From Gordius albopunctatus (taxonomy: Eukaryota): a DNA stretch of 64,000 nt. Positions 25,378-38,111 of the stretch are shown here, one piece after another (position 1 is the first letter of the stretch; each line of letters begins with the position of its first letter). The notes under the pieces are model-generated. The model was not told the DNA's origin, searched no databases, and was given only the letters and a program-made list of their open reading frames with translations. The translations under genes and the position numbers were made by a program. The stretch is from the NCBI GenBank assembly GCA_964276515.1, contig OZ193910.1:1240001-1304000 (forward strand). The letters run 5' to 3'.

Positions 25378-26785
25378 CTATTATAATATATTCTTCAAAC
25401 ATTTATATTTCTTTGTTATATTGTAATGAATGAATGACTTTGAGGAAACGAGGATCAACCAGCAAATGAGCCAAGGATTTGCAGGGATTTACACAAATGG
25501 TTAAAGGAATGGCGGGATGGAGAGGTGGGTTGGTGGGCCTAATGATAAAAATTGTTGGAACATAGCAGGTGCTTTATATTCAAAAAATATATTTATTTTT
25601 ACTTGTTTTATTTTTTGATTAAACCATATTTATAATTTTAAAAAACTCAAAAAGTGAACACAATTAGATGTAAAGAGGGAATGAATATTTATAATAATCA
25701 ATGAGACATTTTTGTATAATTGAATGATATAAAAATGAAAAGTTGTTGTTTATAACATGAAGGCAGTTAAAACGCAAATTGCAATTGAAAACGTAAAAAT
25801 ATTTAATCTTACAAATTAGTAAATTCATATCAACATAGCGCGTAGCTAGGTTTTGGATTAGAGGCCGGGGTCAGATAAAGTAGAAGTAATGGTCATCATT
25901 AATTTGCAGGGAATTATTTAGGCAGTTACTAACTTGCCGATATAGGCACAACCTAGACAAGTTGCCAAAGAAATTCATTAATAAAGGTAATCAATCAGTC
26001 GGGCACAAAAACAATAATGGAATTTTGGCTCGGGCGAGGTGACAAAAAAGTAAAAGTAAATCAGTGGTCATTAACTAGTGTATTTGCGAAAACAAAATAA
26101 AAGTCTTTTACAGAAGCATAAGTCGACAACCATTTAAAACCCGTATAAGGTTCCATGGCAATGATTTAAAAATTATAAGTTGGACGGATAGGACAAGAGG
26201 GACGGACAAATAGAAGCGAGCCCATACATTGTATAGCAATTAAAATGGGCAGATTAGAAGTAGACCGAGGCTATGGTTAGTAAAAGCCTCTAACCACTAA
26301 CATGATTGTGAAGTAAGATCTTAAAGCGCGGAAAGTTGCTCTGCAGATGCTTCATTAATTCATATAAAAGCACTTGGACATAGAATCATTCCACATTTGG
26401 GCATGGGCGTAGTCAAATGGGAGGGGGGGGGGGCAGGGTTAGGGTTATCTCCCCTCTCTAAATCGAGAAATGTATAAAAATTAAAGCTAAAATTTGAAAA
26501 AATGATCATTTTGTGACTCCTTAAATCATTATTGCCCCCCCCTCTAATTCTAATGCTGACTAGGCCCATGAAATTGAGTAATTCAAGAGCATAGACGCCG
26601 ACTCCATTGCTGTAAGGCGACCTCAAATCTTTGGTCTGTTTATGTTCTAAAACCAAAGGTCGACCAAACAAAACCTCCAGCCGTTTTTACAACACTAACC
26701 TAACAGTCTCAATTTGGGTAGGAAGCAAGCTTATTGTTAATGCTTCCCGTGAATATAGATTTGTTATTTCTTCAGCCCATACTTC

Positions 26786-26957
26786 CATAGGCGTAGCCAG
26801 CATCGGGGGGGGGGGCAATAACTATATAGGGGGGGAGGCAAAATGAACATTTTTTGAAATTTTAACAATAATTATAATAAATTTAAACAAGTTTTGTATT
26901 TAAAGGGGGGGGGGGTGCAGCCGCCCCTGCCTGCCTCCCCCCTTGGCTACGCCCATG
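26786..26957. mobile_element. Representative copy of an abundant 170-190 bp MITE with TIR CATGGGCGTAGCCAG (about 20 full or partial copies in the window)
   Basis: TIRs plus near-perfect 8-bp TSD (CATACTTC/CATAATTC; CATAACTG/CATAATTG at 43191), consistent with hAT. Other copies near 5750, 6710, 18070, 24150, 26400, 27310, 27890, 41920, 43900, 44270, 46100, 47730, 48100, 49320, 50400, 59230. Confidence 0.85.
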
Positions 26958-27668
26958 CATAATTCTCTATTACTTTGTCAGGGCCTCGCTAAAGAACAAT
27001 GAAGAGGACCGAAAGTCATAATTTTGGATTTGAAAAACATTTTTTTATTGAAACTACGCTTTGTGCTTAGTGAGGTGCTTTTAAAGACCGAAAGTTGAAA
27101 AATTGCGGTGAGCCAAAATTTTTGACTAGTAGCAGCTTTAAGAAACTTATTCGTGCTACAGATTTTGCTCACTAAATTTATTTGAACGATTTATTATAAT
27201 TATATAAAAATATTGTTGCATCCACAATTTAATTTGTCTAGCAGTCAAGAAGCCCTTTGCTACTACAAGAGCAATGACCAGAAATAATGAAGTGGAATAT
27301 CTACAGAGTCATGGGCGTAGCCAGGGGGGGGGGCAGGGAAAGCCGACTGCCAACCTCTAAACTCAAAAAATCTTTTAGCAAGATTTTGCCTCGAACCGGG
27401 GTTGGGCCTCGGGTGGACCCATCAGGCCCGACCCGAGCGCCGATATATTTTTAATTTTTGGCCCATGCAGGGCTCTAGATATTTCGTCCTCAACACAACT
27501 GATTTGAAATAAATAAAACCACACATACTTTATTAACAAGATGGATAACACAAAAATCATTGCGAATAGGATAGATAATAGTATAACGAAAAGTTTTCTC
27601 GCGCAGGAGGAATATATAAATACTGATTTTTAGGGTTCGGCTAAACATTCTCATAAAACTTAGGGCCG

Positions 27669-28894
27669 TTACAATATTTCGGCTAAGATATTGAGAAAAC
27701 CGATGAGAACGGTCCATATAGCGGGTTCCGATTTTTGTTTTCGCCCCGCTTCGCGCCTCACAAATCTTCTGGTGGTGGGTGGTGTAAGGGTGTTGGTAAA
27801 AATTCCTGAAGTAGTACTACCTTCATTATCCTCCTGCTCCTCAAAGTCAGTGCCCTAATGTTTAAACAATTTTATAAACTCTATTCCTGAACGTAGCCAG
27901 CATTAGATATAGAGGGGGGGGGGCATTAATGATTTATGGAGGGGTAAAATGATCATTTCTGGAAATTTTGGCTATTATTTAACAAATTTTTGGATTTAGA
28001 GGGGGGGGGCAGCCGTCCCTCCCTGCCCCCACTTGGATACGCCTACGATTTTATTGCAGATTAAATACTTATCATCATGATTAGAAGAAGTGTCGAGTCA
28101 AAAACAATAGTTTGTAGATAAATAGCTCTGACTTTTTTAATTTCAAATACAAAAATTACTTGTGGATAATATTTATAAAATAGCAGTACTGATTTTATAG
28201 AATTATTGATTTAAAGCAACTGTTTGAAACGACGTTTGTTTTCCTAGGAACCTTAACCGACTAAACCAAACGATATTTATAAAAGAACGTATCGTGGTCA
28301 CGTGATTAGCACGAGACGCATGCGCAAACTGACCTTAAGATCGAGTGGAGGAGGTGTGAGGGTGGGGACGACTTCGACTTCCACGAGGTCGTGTGGGGCG
28401 GTCGTAACCACGAGGAGGCGGAAGGCGATTGGTGGTGAGGGGTGAGGGAATGGAGTGTAACCGTATATTCCCACGAGGGCAGACAAGTCCCCACCCCTTG
28501 TTGAAAAGTCAAGCGTCACGCAATCGACCCCGTAGGAAGTAGCCGATCCGTCGTGCTGCCCCGGTTCGTATCCAACACCATTAGGGTGATCGTAAGTCAA
28601 GTACAAGTCGGGATCACCGTGCGGCGGGACGTCCGCCCCGTCTTCGACAGGCTCTACGCAGACGCGAATCGACTCGGGGGGTTCAAGATGGCGGCCACGA
28701 TAGAGAAATCGAAGGTGAAAAAGGGCGAAGTCGGTTGGAGTCACGTGACCGCGTTGTTGCCAAACTATTTCTTCACTCGCATCGATCGTTTGGTGGAGGT
28801 TTCTATTTCGTTTTTCCTTCGCCCCATGATGGCTGTTGTAGTTGAAGTAAACGATCAGGAAGGAAATTATGATAGAAACTATCAGATGATCCAT
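27669..28894 (-). CDS. UPF0669 / C6orf120 homologue, 2 coding exons, with signal peptide
   Basis: Hydrophobic N-terminus; GDPDLYL...SATSYGVDCV...VGIYGY resembles the family GDADLYV...SATCG.D.V...IGVYGH; exon 2 (27856-27669) ends IWTVLIGFLNILAEIL*, like the family LWTILISILKLVLEILF. Confidence 0.8.
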
Positions 28895-30796
28895 GTCCAA
28901 ACGAATTCATCCATTTTCAGGTAATACTTCATCTATATAAAAAGTTATCACATCATGGAAAACTAAATATATACATATATATATATTATAAACTTATCAT
29001 ATATTGTAAGAAAAGAATTCTTAGAGATCTTTAAAATTAAGTATTTTAGACAATCAAATCCATGAATATAAATTTATGTGAAAAATACGGGATATTAGTA
29101 TTGGTAGCCAAAAATAATTCACAATTAGGTTTGTATAATCATTTTTCTTTGTTTAAAGAGAGAGGAGATGAAAGGCTTGAATTAAAAAAGTGTTTAGAAA
29201 TCGCTGCAAACTAGCCAACAAGTTAGTTGTTAAATAAAAAATATTAATTAAAAAATGCCTATGCTGCTATGATAGAAAATTGGGTAAACAGTGATAAAGC
29301 CAACCCATTAAGACCGGACACTATTTTATGAAAAGTCCCTTCTTTTACAAAAAATGGAAGCCAGTTAATTAGCAAACATAACAAAATTAATTTATACCAT
29401 AAATCCCATCTTAAGCTTTAATAAAAACTTAATTTGATAATATCAAAAGGTCTTTAAGTATGCAAATTTTTATACTAAACATGGTATTTTTGCTAATGAT
29501 ATATTCAACAGTAGACTTCAATGGGTTAATAGGTCACTCTTACAAATCAGAAATCTAATTAACTAATCCTGAAAATAATACAGGTAAGGAAATAACTAGG
29601 GCATATTTATCATACTTTTAATAAATTTACTATTAAACTCGCAAAACTTTAAGTATGTCAGAAAATTAGTCATAAATTGAATTATCTGGTACAATTTAAT
29701 ATTGAAAATTCCTTTTATAAAATACACAGAAGCCTTTTTTATTTAAAACTGTTAAATTATAAAACTTTATACAATAATAATAATATATATATAAATAAAC
29801 TAACTTTAATAAAAAAATACAAAATCATCTTCATTTTACTACTTTGCAATAAAAGTTAATATTTAATCAATGAAGGAATTAGTTGTATCAAATATAATTT
29901 TTATATAACTTTACAACATATTATTTAATTTATATCCTCTGAAGTGTCTGTTACAATAAGTCGATGAATAAATACCCTAGGTATGCTAGTAAAACATATG
30001 TTTAAAAGAGCAACTGCTTGTAAATTATATCTCCATTTAGCATGATTATCTTTTCAGTTTCAAGATATCTGTAGAGTAAAATTTAAGTTAAAAACATTGT
30101 AAAGCTCCTAATAATTTATGAGATATTCATTTGCTTGTAAAATCAAATATACTCCAAAAATAAATTAGCCCTTCCTAAAAATTAAATTCTTCCCTTTACA
30201 CAAGCATAATTAAAACATTAAAATGTAACTTCCTGAATAAATAATTGCTATTATTTTAGGGCCATTAAAATTCCTCAGGATTTCATTTAATATTTGAAAT
30301 TACCTGATTTAAACTTATAATATTAACTCTATTTTTGTATAATTTGTGATTTATTATTCAATATGGGGTTGTAATAATTAACATATGGCAATCATTAGGA
30401 GTTTTCCAAAATAACGCAGTTTATGAAAAACAATTCGAATTATATCTAACAAAAAAATTGCACTATGCCCTCAGAAGCAATGGAGTTTAGGGCATCTTGA
30501 AATTACTTTAAAAATAATAGAAAATTTATAAATAAATTGGGAATTAATTTATAATTAAGCATTTGAAAATTTGAGTCGCATTGAATCGAAAACTTTAATG
30601 AACTTCAAATAGGCATGAAATTAAATAAAACATAAGAGCTTTTTCGGTAGATATTAACTCTGCAGAGACGTTAATTTCAAATCATAAGTGATGCAGTTTG
30701 TAATAAGGTACTATTTTTCTGTACTTTATTCAAATTAAGAAACACCAAATTAAAGAATTAAGATATTTTAATTTATTAGGAGATTATTTAAACCAA

Positions 30797-33700
30797 ATGG
30801 GATAGTACATACGCGAAATTATTAAACACGTAACATGCGACGCAATAACGAAAACACACTTCGAACAAGAAAGGAAAAAGAATACCAAATACCATTCAAG
30901 TGGTCTATCATTTTACTCCACAGGCAACATAGAACTTTAGCGGACATTAAACATCGTCAGTTATCCTCTACACTTCCCCCCTTTTCACAAAAATAATTTT
31001 TTGGGTAGTTTGGGGCCTATCCTACACGGAGCGGTTATCTAACCTCAGGCGGGGCCTTGTTATGCTCCAGAGCCATGGGAAGGGCATTGTGTTCATCCGA
31101 TTCTGTAGCGGCATTGTCATTGGAAATCATTGGCAGGGAACCTTGACTGGATTCCGTTGGAAATGGGCTTACAATTAGTGGCTCATTTGTAATTGGACTC
31201 GGTCGTGCGAGTGTATTTCCTTGGTCTCAGCTGATCCAAATGTCGAAGATGACTTTTCCCTAGGGCCCTAACACCAAACGAGCGCGCCCCGCGCTTGAAA
31301 ATAATCGTGCCCTTCACCCATTTATCGGACCCCAGAAACATACCCACCCACACTGGGTCTCCGACGTCAAACACTCGAGCTTTTCCTGTATTTCTCCACC
31401 GGGGAGCAATAGGTTCTCTTATTACCTCCCAATCGGTTCGGATTTTCCTTTTGAACATACACTCGGCCGGGCTTACACGCGTCTTTGGGTGAATCGTTGC
31501 TCTGTAATTTTCCAGGAACATGTATAACCCTATGTCGGATTCGTTGCGGACTATTGCTTCCTTTGCCAACCGAACATATCTCTCTGCTAGTCCATTAGAA
31601 GCGGGATAGTAGGGTGCTAAACACCCTTGACGTATTCTCCTCATTTTGCAAAATATTTGCACTGGGGGCCATTATCCGATACCAGAAAGGGCGGATTTCC
31701 AAACCTCCACCCTCGGTTCATGTATTTTCTAGCTTGAATACCTCTACCCATTTTGTGCCGCTGTCTACCATAACTAAATAGGATCTGTCCCGCACCGGCC
31801 CAAATAAATCAAAATGCACTTGGGTCCAAGGTTTCACGTTCTGTTCAAGCTTAATCAAAGACGGCCTTTTTGCTGCGGCGGCCGTGTAGTTGCACTTCCT
31901 GCAAGTCTTTGCTTGGTCTGTGATGTCCTGAGTCAAAGTTGGTCACCAAAAATATTGAACCGCTACCTGTAGCTTTCGTTGTTTTTTTACATTAAAAAGT
32001 TTATTTATTAAAAATCCGTTGACAGTAATATAATATAAATACATAAAATATAAAAGACAAAATGCGTCAAATAAAACAATACACTATTCTAATATATCAT
32101 CACCGAGGGGATCTTCCAAAATTGACCAAGAATCAGCGAACGATTTAAAATTGTACTTGGCTATAAGAATACCAAGTCGTTATTTAAGTAAAAAGCATAC
32201 CGAATGTTTAGACGGGGCAGAACGTCTTCCTACCTCTTTAAAAAAGGCTAAGGCCTGTTTGCCAAAGGTGCCTGAACACGAAGCAACCAATGGAATAAAA
32301 ATGTTTGAGGATAATAGGGCTTTGTATTTATTAGTTTTCCGCCCCTCTGCGACAGCTAAAGAATCATTGTTGTAGTTAGAGGGGGCAAATAGGTCAATAC
32401 ACGTGAAGTCCCATTTAAGGTGAAGACCATTGCTCTATGGGACTAAAGAAGATCCATCAGGACGCATACGTCCCTCCAAGGTGGGGTCCGATGGCTCCAA
32501 GATGGATGGGATCTTTGCTCTCTTCAGTCCACTTTGAATTAAGGCATTGGCCTTATTGTGTGAATTTGTTTGCCAGGCAGTGTAAGGGATGCCTGGCTTG
32601 TTCGTCTACGAGTATGCTGCAATTTCGGCAAATAAATGGCTTCAAAAACTTTACCCCTAGCCTGAGAGCTATGGAGTACGAAAGTTCCGAGTCCTCCAGC
32701 ATCATCCCGGTGAGACAGCTTGGGTAGACCTCTAGTCATTCGTGACCTGAGCCATGAAACAAAAACGACCTTAAATTTGAACACTGACTTGCATCGCTAC
32801 TCGAAATTAGATAATCAACGGAGCGCAACACAAGTCCGGCATCCCAATCTCTTTGTCGTGAGGTTTGTGGCAAAAGTGTTCCGGGATTGGTATTGTTTTC
32901 CCAAATAGCTAAAGCAATGGGTAAAAGCGGGTCTTCTTTAACAGGATACAACTTAAAAATGGTATCTTGTACCGATTTGTAAGATGAAATAAACGAGACT
33001 AGAGATATTGCGGCAGGTGAGCGAATCCCTAAACCACCCGATTTGGTTGGTAGGGAAGCTTGTAACCAGCTATGAGTATTGAACTTTATATTTAAAATAG
33101 ATTGTAAAATAGATTTAATATTCTGTTCGAAGAGGTTTAAAATTTCCGAGTGTAAAAAAGCACTTGAAGAGCGAAAACAGTGCTGAATTTTTGAAATATT
33201 AAAATAGTTTTTCATTATGTAAAAAGTGTGGTGTGAAGGCAAACACTTTAAGAGATCTAATTTCGAGTTTAAAATAGAGAGATTTTTCTCCAAATAAGTT
33301 GCGAGTCCAACTCTACCACCTATAGGCGATCCAAGATGGCACATAGCGTCTTTCTCGATTGCTAAAAAAAGGTGTAATGTATGGATATAATGAGTAGTCA
33401 GGGGGTTGAAAGATCTCACATTTGGTCTCGTTTAGTTTTGGCCACCAAAAATATTGAACCGCTACCTGTAGCATTCGTGTAGTCTTTGCAATACCCTGTA
33501 TCTTAGCTTCATTGGCATCACTGCCTGTCGGCCCTTGTGAAAAATCACTTCCTTTGACTCGTGCAGCTTGGGTAGGTACTTTTTGTGGAGTAGCATTGGA
33601 CCGACCACTACTTCTGTATTGCACGTACCCTTAATCCACTCTTTAAGATGCTGTAATGTCTCTTCACTGGCAGTGTACTGTCGTATAACGTCAAGTGAGA

Positions 33701-34025
33701 TAAACGCGTCTGAGGTATCCTCCAGTACTTCTTCGATAACTTGGAACGCATGCTCGCTTGGTCGCATGGACAAAAAGTCGACCGCGTTATCCTTTGGTGG
33801 AGATGATGGGGTCCATACGCATGCTCAAGCAGGCCTCGAAAGATTGTGGTTTTAGTGCGGGGGAGTTAACGGCCAGGATGCTCGATCAGCTAATTCTGGG
33901 ACTCCGCGACCCAACGGTGCAGTCTTCGTTGATGGCCGAGAGGAACGAAAAATGGGACAAGTCCGTGGAGATCGCCCTAGGTTGGGAGGCAATCGGCGAA
34001 GGCCTAAGGACAATGCACCAGTAGA
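30797..34025 (-). mobile_element. Second decayed Ty3/Gypsy element: 3' LTR (about 30797-30972), integrase, RNase H end, plus an inverted gag fragment; split by a CRE insertion
   Basis: Polypurine tract AAAAGGGGGGAAG|TGT; integrase PWTQVHFDLFGP, VSDNGP, APYYPASNGLAERYV, RHLDQLR; HHCC region LHE...YFWWP...CRKC. Confidence 0.88.
31980..33437 (-). mobile_element. 5'-truncated CRE-clade LINE with a 41-bp target-site duplication
   Basis: KCEIFQP, LGSPIGG, WLQASLPTKSGGLGIR, CCHC knuckle, RPDG; A-tail near 31985; duplicated flanks 31939-31979 and 33438-33478. Confidence 0.92.
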
Positions 34026-34141
34026 TGATCAAAACCTAGGTTTTGATCAGGCAACATGAGGGTTAAGGTTTTCAAAAACCTTGTCAGGTTTATCAACACC
34101 CGAACCTTAACCTAAGGTTGATCCCGAAAATCAACCTGCAA

Positions 34142-35568
34142 CATTATATCCACACATTACCCCTTTTTTAGCAATCGAGAAAGACGCTATGTGCCATCTT
34201 GGATCGCCTATAGGTGTTAGAGTTGGACTCGCAACTTATTTGGAGAAAAATCTCTCTATTTTAAACTCAAAATTAGATCTCTTAAAGTGTTTGCCTTCAC
34301 ACCACGCTTTTTACATAATGAAAAACTATTTTAATATTTCAAAAATTCAACACTGTTTTCGCTCTTCAAGTGCTTTTTTACACTCGGAAATTTTAAACCT
34401 CTTCGAACAGAATATTAAATCTATTTTACAATCTATTTTAAATATAAAGTTCGATACTCATAGCTGGTTACAAGCTTCCCTACCAACCAAATCGGGTGGT
34501 TTAGGGATTCGCTCACCTGCCGCAATATCTCTAGTCTCGTTTATTTCATCTTACAAATCGGTACAAGATACCATTTTTAAGTTGTATCCTGTTAAAGAAG
34601 ACCCGCTTTTACCCATTGCTTTAGCTATTTGGGAAAACAATACCAATCCCGGAACACTTTTGCCACAAACCTCACGACAAAAAGATTGGGATGCCGGACT
34701 TGTGTTGCGCTCCGTTGATTATCTAATTTCGAGTAGCGATGCAAGTCAGTGTTCTAATTTAAGGTCGTTTTTGTTTGATGGCTCAGGTCACGAATGGCTA
34801 GAGGTCTACCCAAGCTGTCTCACCGGGATGATGCTGGAGGACTCGGAACTTTCGTACTCCATAGCTCTCAGGCTAGGGGAGAAATTTTCAAAGCCATTTA
34901 TTTGCCGAAATTGCAGCATACTCGTAGACGAACAAGCCAGGTATCCCTTACATTGCCTGGCAAACAAATTTAAATATGTTAGGCACAATAAGGCCAATAC
35001 CTTAATTCAAAGTGGATTGAAGAGAGCAAATATCCCATCCATCTTGGAGCCATCGGACCCCTCCTTGGAGGGACGTATGCGTCCTGATGGATCTTCTTTA
35101 TTCCCATGGAGCAATGGTCTTCACCTTAAATTGGACTTCACGTGTATTGACCTATTTGCCCCCTCTAACTACAACAATGATTCTTTAGCTGTCGCAGAGG
35201 GGCGGAAAGCTAATAAATACAAAGCCCTATTATCCTCAAACATTTTTATTCCATTGGTTGCTTCGTGTTCAGGCACCTTTGGCAAACAGGCCTTAGCCTT
35301 TTTTAAAGAGGTAGGAAGACGTTCTGCCCCGTCTAAACATTCGGTATCCTTTTTACTTAAATAACGACTTTGTATTCTTATAGCCAAGTACAATTTTAAA
35401 TCGTTCGCTGATTCTTGGTCAATTTTGGAAGATCCCCTCGATGATGATATATTAGAATAGTGTATTATTTTATTTGACGCATTTTGTCTTTTATATTTTA
35501 TGTATTTATATTATATTACTGTCGACGGATTTTTAACACATAAACTTTTTAATAATTAAAAAAAAAAA
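34142..35568 (+). mobile_element. 5'-truncated CRE-clade LINE, near-identical to 31980-33437 but inverted
   Basis: 391-aa ORF with CRNC...PLHC, RH, RPDG, LDFTC, AEGRKANKY; A-tail. Confidence 0.92.
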
Positions 35569-35883
35569 TTTTATCCCCAACCTGAAACCCCAGGTTGACC
35601 TCAGGTTAACCTGAAAAAAATCTCTTTTTTATGCGATTAGTTTAAGAATAAATTTTATATCTTACTTTAACTATTTTACTTTTTCAAGATGCATTAAACA
35701 TTTTAAGTATTTACAATTATTAATGAATAAAAAATAGTTTTTGTTATTATTTAAAAAAAATTAAGATTTTTTTAATATACAAATGATTTAAACATTTAAC
35801 ATGTATATATGTGAAAGGTGCCATCTATGTATTAATAAATTTTCATAAAGCGTATGCTATGCGGTATAGCAGTGTTAGTCTTA

Positions 35884-36143
35884 GGGCTTGTCTTAATATC
35901 GGATTCAGATTCAAATGGCGCGAATTTATCTTTATCAAATATCCTATTCAATTTCGTGTGTCAAACTCGGTTGTAATTATTAATATTTTGTTTTTTGATA
36001 GTTAAAAACTTTTTTTTGTTTATTTTAACTATTGAGATTAATCGCTGTTATATAATGTGTGAATTCGAAGTTTAGACACGGCTATGTTATAACCCGTACA
36101 GCGATTTTTGCTGCGCAGCAAAATCCGATATTAAGACAAGCCC
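35884..36143. mobile_element. PIF/Harbinger MITE
   Basis: TIR GGGCTTGTCTTAATATCGGATT; TTA TSD on both sides. Confidence 0.85.
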
Positions 36144-37269
36144 TTAGTAGTATATGTTGTGAATGTGATAAAATTATGGGGCTGTGTGGGGTGTGTGTTA
36201 TGTGCGTATCCTGCAAACTATACACACCCTGTTCTCTTCCTTCCAACCTTAATCCACCCGGTGCCAACCTGAACACACCCGGTTCCCACCTTGTTCCAAC
36301 CTAAACACACCCCACCCAGTCTATACCCACCCACACCTAATTCGTGCCTTAATTCACCCCCCCCCCCCAATTATTTTCTTGTTGCTGCAATGCAATATGC
36401 TTAGCTTAGCATGTGCGAGATAAAATTATGGGAGGGCGCGCTGCGCATGTAATATACATGTGCGATTCAATTATTGAATGAAGTGCCGTCATACACCACA
36501 ATTATTTGGATATGAACTTTGATTAAGGGAAAAATATTGTAAATTTTAATTTACCAAATAGAAAGAAAAATATTTAAAACACATAAATAATTACATTTTT
36601 TGAACTAATCAGGATATGGTTAAAAAAAAGATTCAATTTTTAATTGATTTTAAATGCTAAATTAATCGGCCAGTTCATTTGTTATGACACAATTATTAAT
36701 TATCTAAAGCATTGGGGTCGGGGATAGTACTAGTAGGAGAGGTAGACAAATGACCAGATTAAAAAAACAAATTATTTTTATCGGAAGATTGAGGATTCGG
36801 GTCCCTTCGTGGTAGAATAATATTTTTTCAGGCAAAAGATCACAATGGAAATCGTTAAATCCAACACGATTTCCATACACGGATCAATGCCATCCCTTTA
36901 GTTATTATAGCACGTTTTTAATATTTTTTAGTCGTGTATGTAATTTTTTTATACCATATTCTAAAATAAAAATTTCTATATATTAATTTTTTAAATTAAA
37001 GTAATTTAAAATAGAAATAGTTTCAGATATTTTATTTTATTTAGCCCCTCTTTAAGTTTAATTTATTTACATCTTTCATATTATTAATGCGATAATAATT
37101 ACACACGGCTTATACAATTATATTAATTGCTATGCAATTTATGGGTTTTATTCAACGATAAATTATTCAATGTATTAAAAAAAAACATTTATATCTGTAA
37201 ATTCTGCGACCAATTATTAAGACATAAATTTCACCCTTTTAATTTAAAAAATGAACCTTTTTTAACCAT

Positions 37270-37890
37270 ATCCTGGGTTGGGCTGGGCTGGTTCGAGGAA
37301 AATAAATATTTTAATGGGTTGGGTTAAGTAGCTAATATATTTTAATGGGCTGGGCTGGGTTGGGCCTAAATAAATTTGATGGGCTGGGCTGAGAATGGAT
37401 GAATAATAAAAATTTAATTTTAAAATTAATATATTAATTGAATTTCTAATTAAGTTTTGCAATTCTAAATTTTAATTAACATCCGTCGCTTCGCATTTTA
37501 CTAATTTATTTTATTCAATTAACATGTTAAAACCGCCAACTTTTAAATATATTGATAACGACAATGCTAAAAGCACCTCAAATATATGGAAAGTATTTAT
37601 GTTGGAAGTAGGAGATAACAACAAACCCACAGGAAAAGTAAAAGATGGAATCGACACAGATGATTAATTTATATCATTTTATTGTATTTTAATATATATC
37701 AAACATGAAAATAAATATATTTATACATTGTAAAGTGTGAATTAAATTTAGGAAGAAATATTTAAGCTGGGCTGGGTTTTGTTAGGCATGGGCTAGGTGG
37801 GCTGGGCTTAAAAAGGTTGTGAGCATGGGCTGGGTCGACCTGAACATGGGTTGGGCTGGGCCGGCAAAAACCGGCCCACGCAGGACTCTT
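37270..37890. mobile_element. Decayed hAT-like MITE with GGGCTGGGCT subterminal arrays (boundaries approximate)
   Basis: Motif arrays at both ends; right end GCAGGACTCT resembles the GCAGGGCTCTA termini seen elsewhere. Confidence 0.55.
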
Positions 37891-38111
37891 AAGTTAACCC
37901 ATTTTTTGCGATTAGCAGCAAATTTAAAACCAATATAATTTAATGCTAAATTGTATTGCAAAATTAATTTTGGATTCGTTGTGCGGCTTTGCAAGGAAGT
38001 AATTGAGCAATATTTTATTATTTTTCCGTACTATGCCTGAGTGGTAATTATATATCAGTGTTTAAAAATGTTAATAAATCGTAAATGGTTTTGTAATAAT
38101 GGTATTAAAAA

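Noticed and set aside
28553..28924. 123-aa plus-strand ORF antisense to the C6orf120-like gene
   Set aside because: Expected shadow ORF of a GC-rich exon; no recognisable motif.
29000..30700. Possible additional multi-exon gene (for example a minus-strand frame [20 protein letters not shown])
   Set aside because: I could not assemble a consistent spliced frame or recognise a family; left uncalled.
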